Assembly (NCBI GenBank): GCA_041667145.1
Contig: JBAYFP010000004.1
Coordinates: 9,100 to 73,099, forward strand
Length of the DNA: 64,000 bases
Source of the DNA: Minisyncoccota bacterium
GTDB taxonomy: Bacteria; Patescibacteriota; Minisyncoccia; Phycocordibacterales; UBA9973
Direction of reading: 5' to 3'
Made by a program: the position numbers and the translations under genes. The notes beneath the pieces were generated by a model, which saw nothing but the letters and a program-made list of their open reading frames with translations, was not told the origin of the DNA and made no database searches. Position 1 is the first letter of the stretch, and every line of letters starts with the position of its first letter. Positions 63,317-64,000 of the stretch are shown one piece after another.

Positions 63317-64000
63317 AAATGGCTATTTCAAAAGGAATCCGATCGTAACTCTGGTAATTAATTAATTTTGTATCATCAGATTTCCAATCAAAGATGGATT
63401 TCCAATTATTTGTTTCTATTTTTGGCAAGGAATATTTTTCAGGATCACGAGAAAGTTGTTCTTTTGCACCGTCTACATGATTTTCAAAAATATGAACATC
63501 AGCTAAAAATCCTACAAGTTTGCCTTCTTTAAAACCGGTTTCTTTGGCAATCAAATGAAGCAATAATGCGTAGCTTGCTATGTTGAAAGGAAGTCCAAGC
63601 ATTGTGTCTACAGAACGTTGATTCCACATTAAGTTTAATTTATCTCCAATTGTTGTTACTTGAAAAGAATAATGGCAAGGAGGAAGTGCCATTTCGTTAA
63701 ATTGTAATGGATTCCAAGCACTTACTATCATTCTTCTGTCACGTGGATTTGTTTTTAGTGTTTCTATGACTTTTTTAAGTTGATCTATCCCTTTCCCTGT
63801 ATGATCTGAATCATAATTTTCATATGGTGCATTGAAGTGACGCCATTGAAAACCATATATTGGTCCTAAATCTCTTTCCTCGAGCATTTTCTTTTTAGAA
63901 GCTTCATCATGTCCATAGGGAGCTTTTTGAGGTTTTGCCCACTCATCCCAAATATGATTATTTTTGTCTTGTAGCCATTTCTTGTCTGTTATCCCGTTTA
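63315..64000 (-). CDS. thyA: Thymidylate synthase; the N-terminus lies beyond the window end
   Basis: …IWDEWA…LGPIYGFQWRHF…RRMIVSAWNP…LPPCHYSFQ…LGLPFNIASYALL. The reading frame is open to base 64000. Confidence 0.9.
   Translation of the reverse strand, partial: NGITDKKWLQDKNNHIWDEWAKPQKAPYGHDEASKKKMLEERDLGPIYGFQWRHFNAPYENYDSDHTGKGIDQLKKVIETLKTNPRDRRMIVSAWNPLQFNEMALPPCHYSFQVTTIGDKLNLMWNQRSVDTMLGLPFNIASYALLLHLIAKETGFKEGKLVGFLADVHIFENHVDGAKEQLSRDPEKYSLPKIETNNWKSIFDWKSDDTKLINYQSYDRIPFEIAI

Noticed and set aside
1-64000. CRISPR arrays, cas genes, rRNA genes
   Set aside because: No regularly spaced direct repeats with unique spacers and no rRNA-like conserved segments were seen. The tandem repeats found (10205..10425 coding, 13659..13680) are not CRISPR-like.

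Overview
This is a low-GC (about one third GC) bacterial chromosome segment with densely packed, mostly short genes. It looks like a Candidate Phyla Radiation / Patescibacteria (Parcubacteria-like) genome. Standard genetic code fits all calls.

Housekeeping content:
- uvrA (5' partial), uvrC, mutM, ruvA, rpsT, cspA, two pseudouridine synthases, rplS, gpsA, a P-type ATPase, murB, tsaE and tsaC, an NRAMP transporter, and secE-nusG-rplK.
- rplK is followed by a terminator and a dCMP deaminase, with no rplA.
- Two minus-strand genes at the end of the window, 63315..64000 (thyA, 5' partial) and 62748..63239 (folA), are separated only by a hairpin repeat.
- Type IV pilus genes (pilMNO plus a prepilin) and six tRNAs (Arg-GCG, Ser-UGA, Val-UAC, Arg-UCU, Leu-GAG, His-GUG).
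- A MacAB-like tripartite ABC efflux operon, a divergent pair of ECF sigma factors, and a ~1000-aa repeat-rich surface protein with an LPxTG-like C-terminal anchor.

Accessory content:
- An AT-rich ~10.5 kb island (about 25.1-35.7 kb) carries a ParB-domain/DNA-methyltransferase fusion, a second beta-class amino-methyltransferase, an HTH-like small protein, and three large uncharacterised proteins (505, 328 and 920 aa). A large serine recombinase ends it. Two GC-rich structured patches sit inside it.
- A six-gene small-molecule cluster (SDR, class-III aminotransferase, cupin, P-loop kinase, unknown, 2-hydroxyacid dehydrogenase) runs from the recombinase to tRNA-Ser.
- Two paralogous ~570-aa cysteine-rich multi-zinc-ribbon proteins of unknown function lie 40 kb apart.
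- A family of palindromic hairpin repeats occupies intercistronic gaps (five copies). Two of them flank one Cys-rich gene.
- Separate GC-rich palindromic elements appear inserted in-frame within rluA and tsaE.

No rRNA and no CRISPR array were found.
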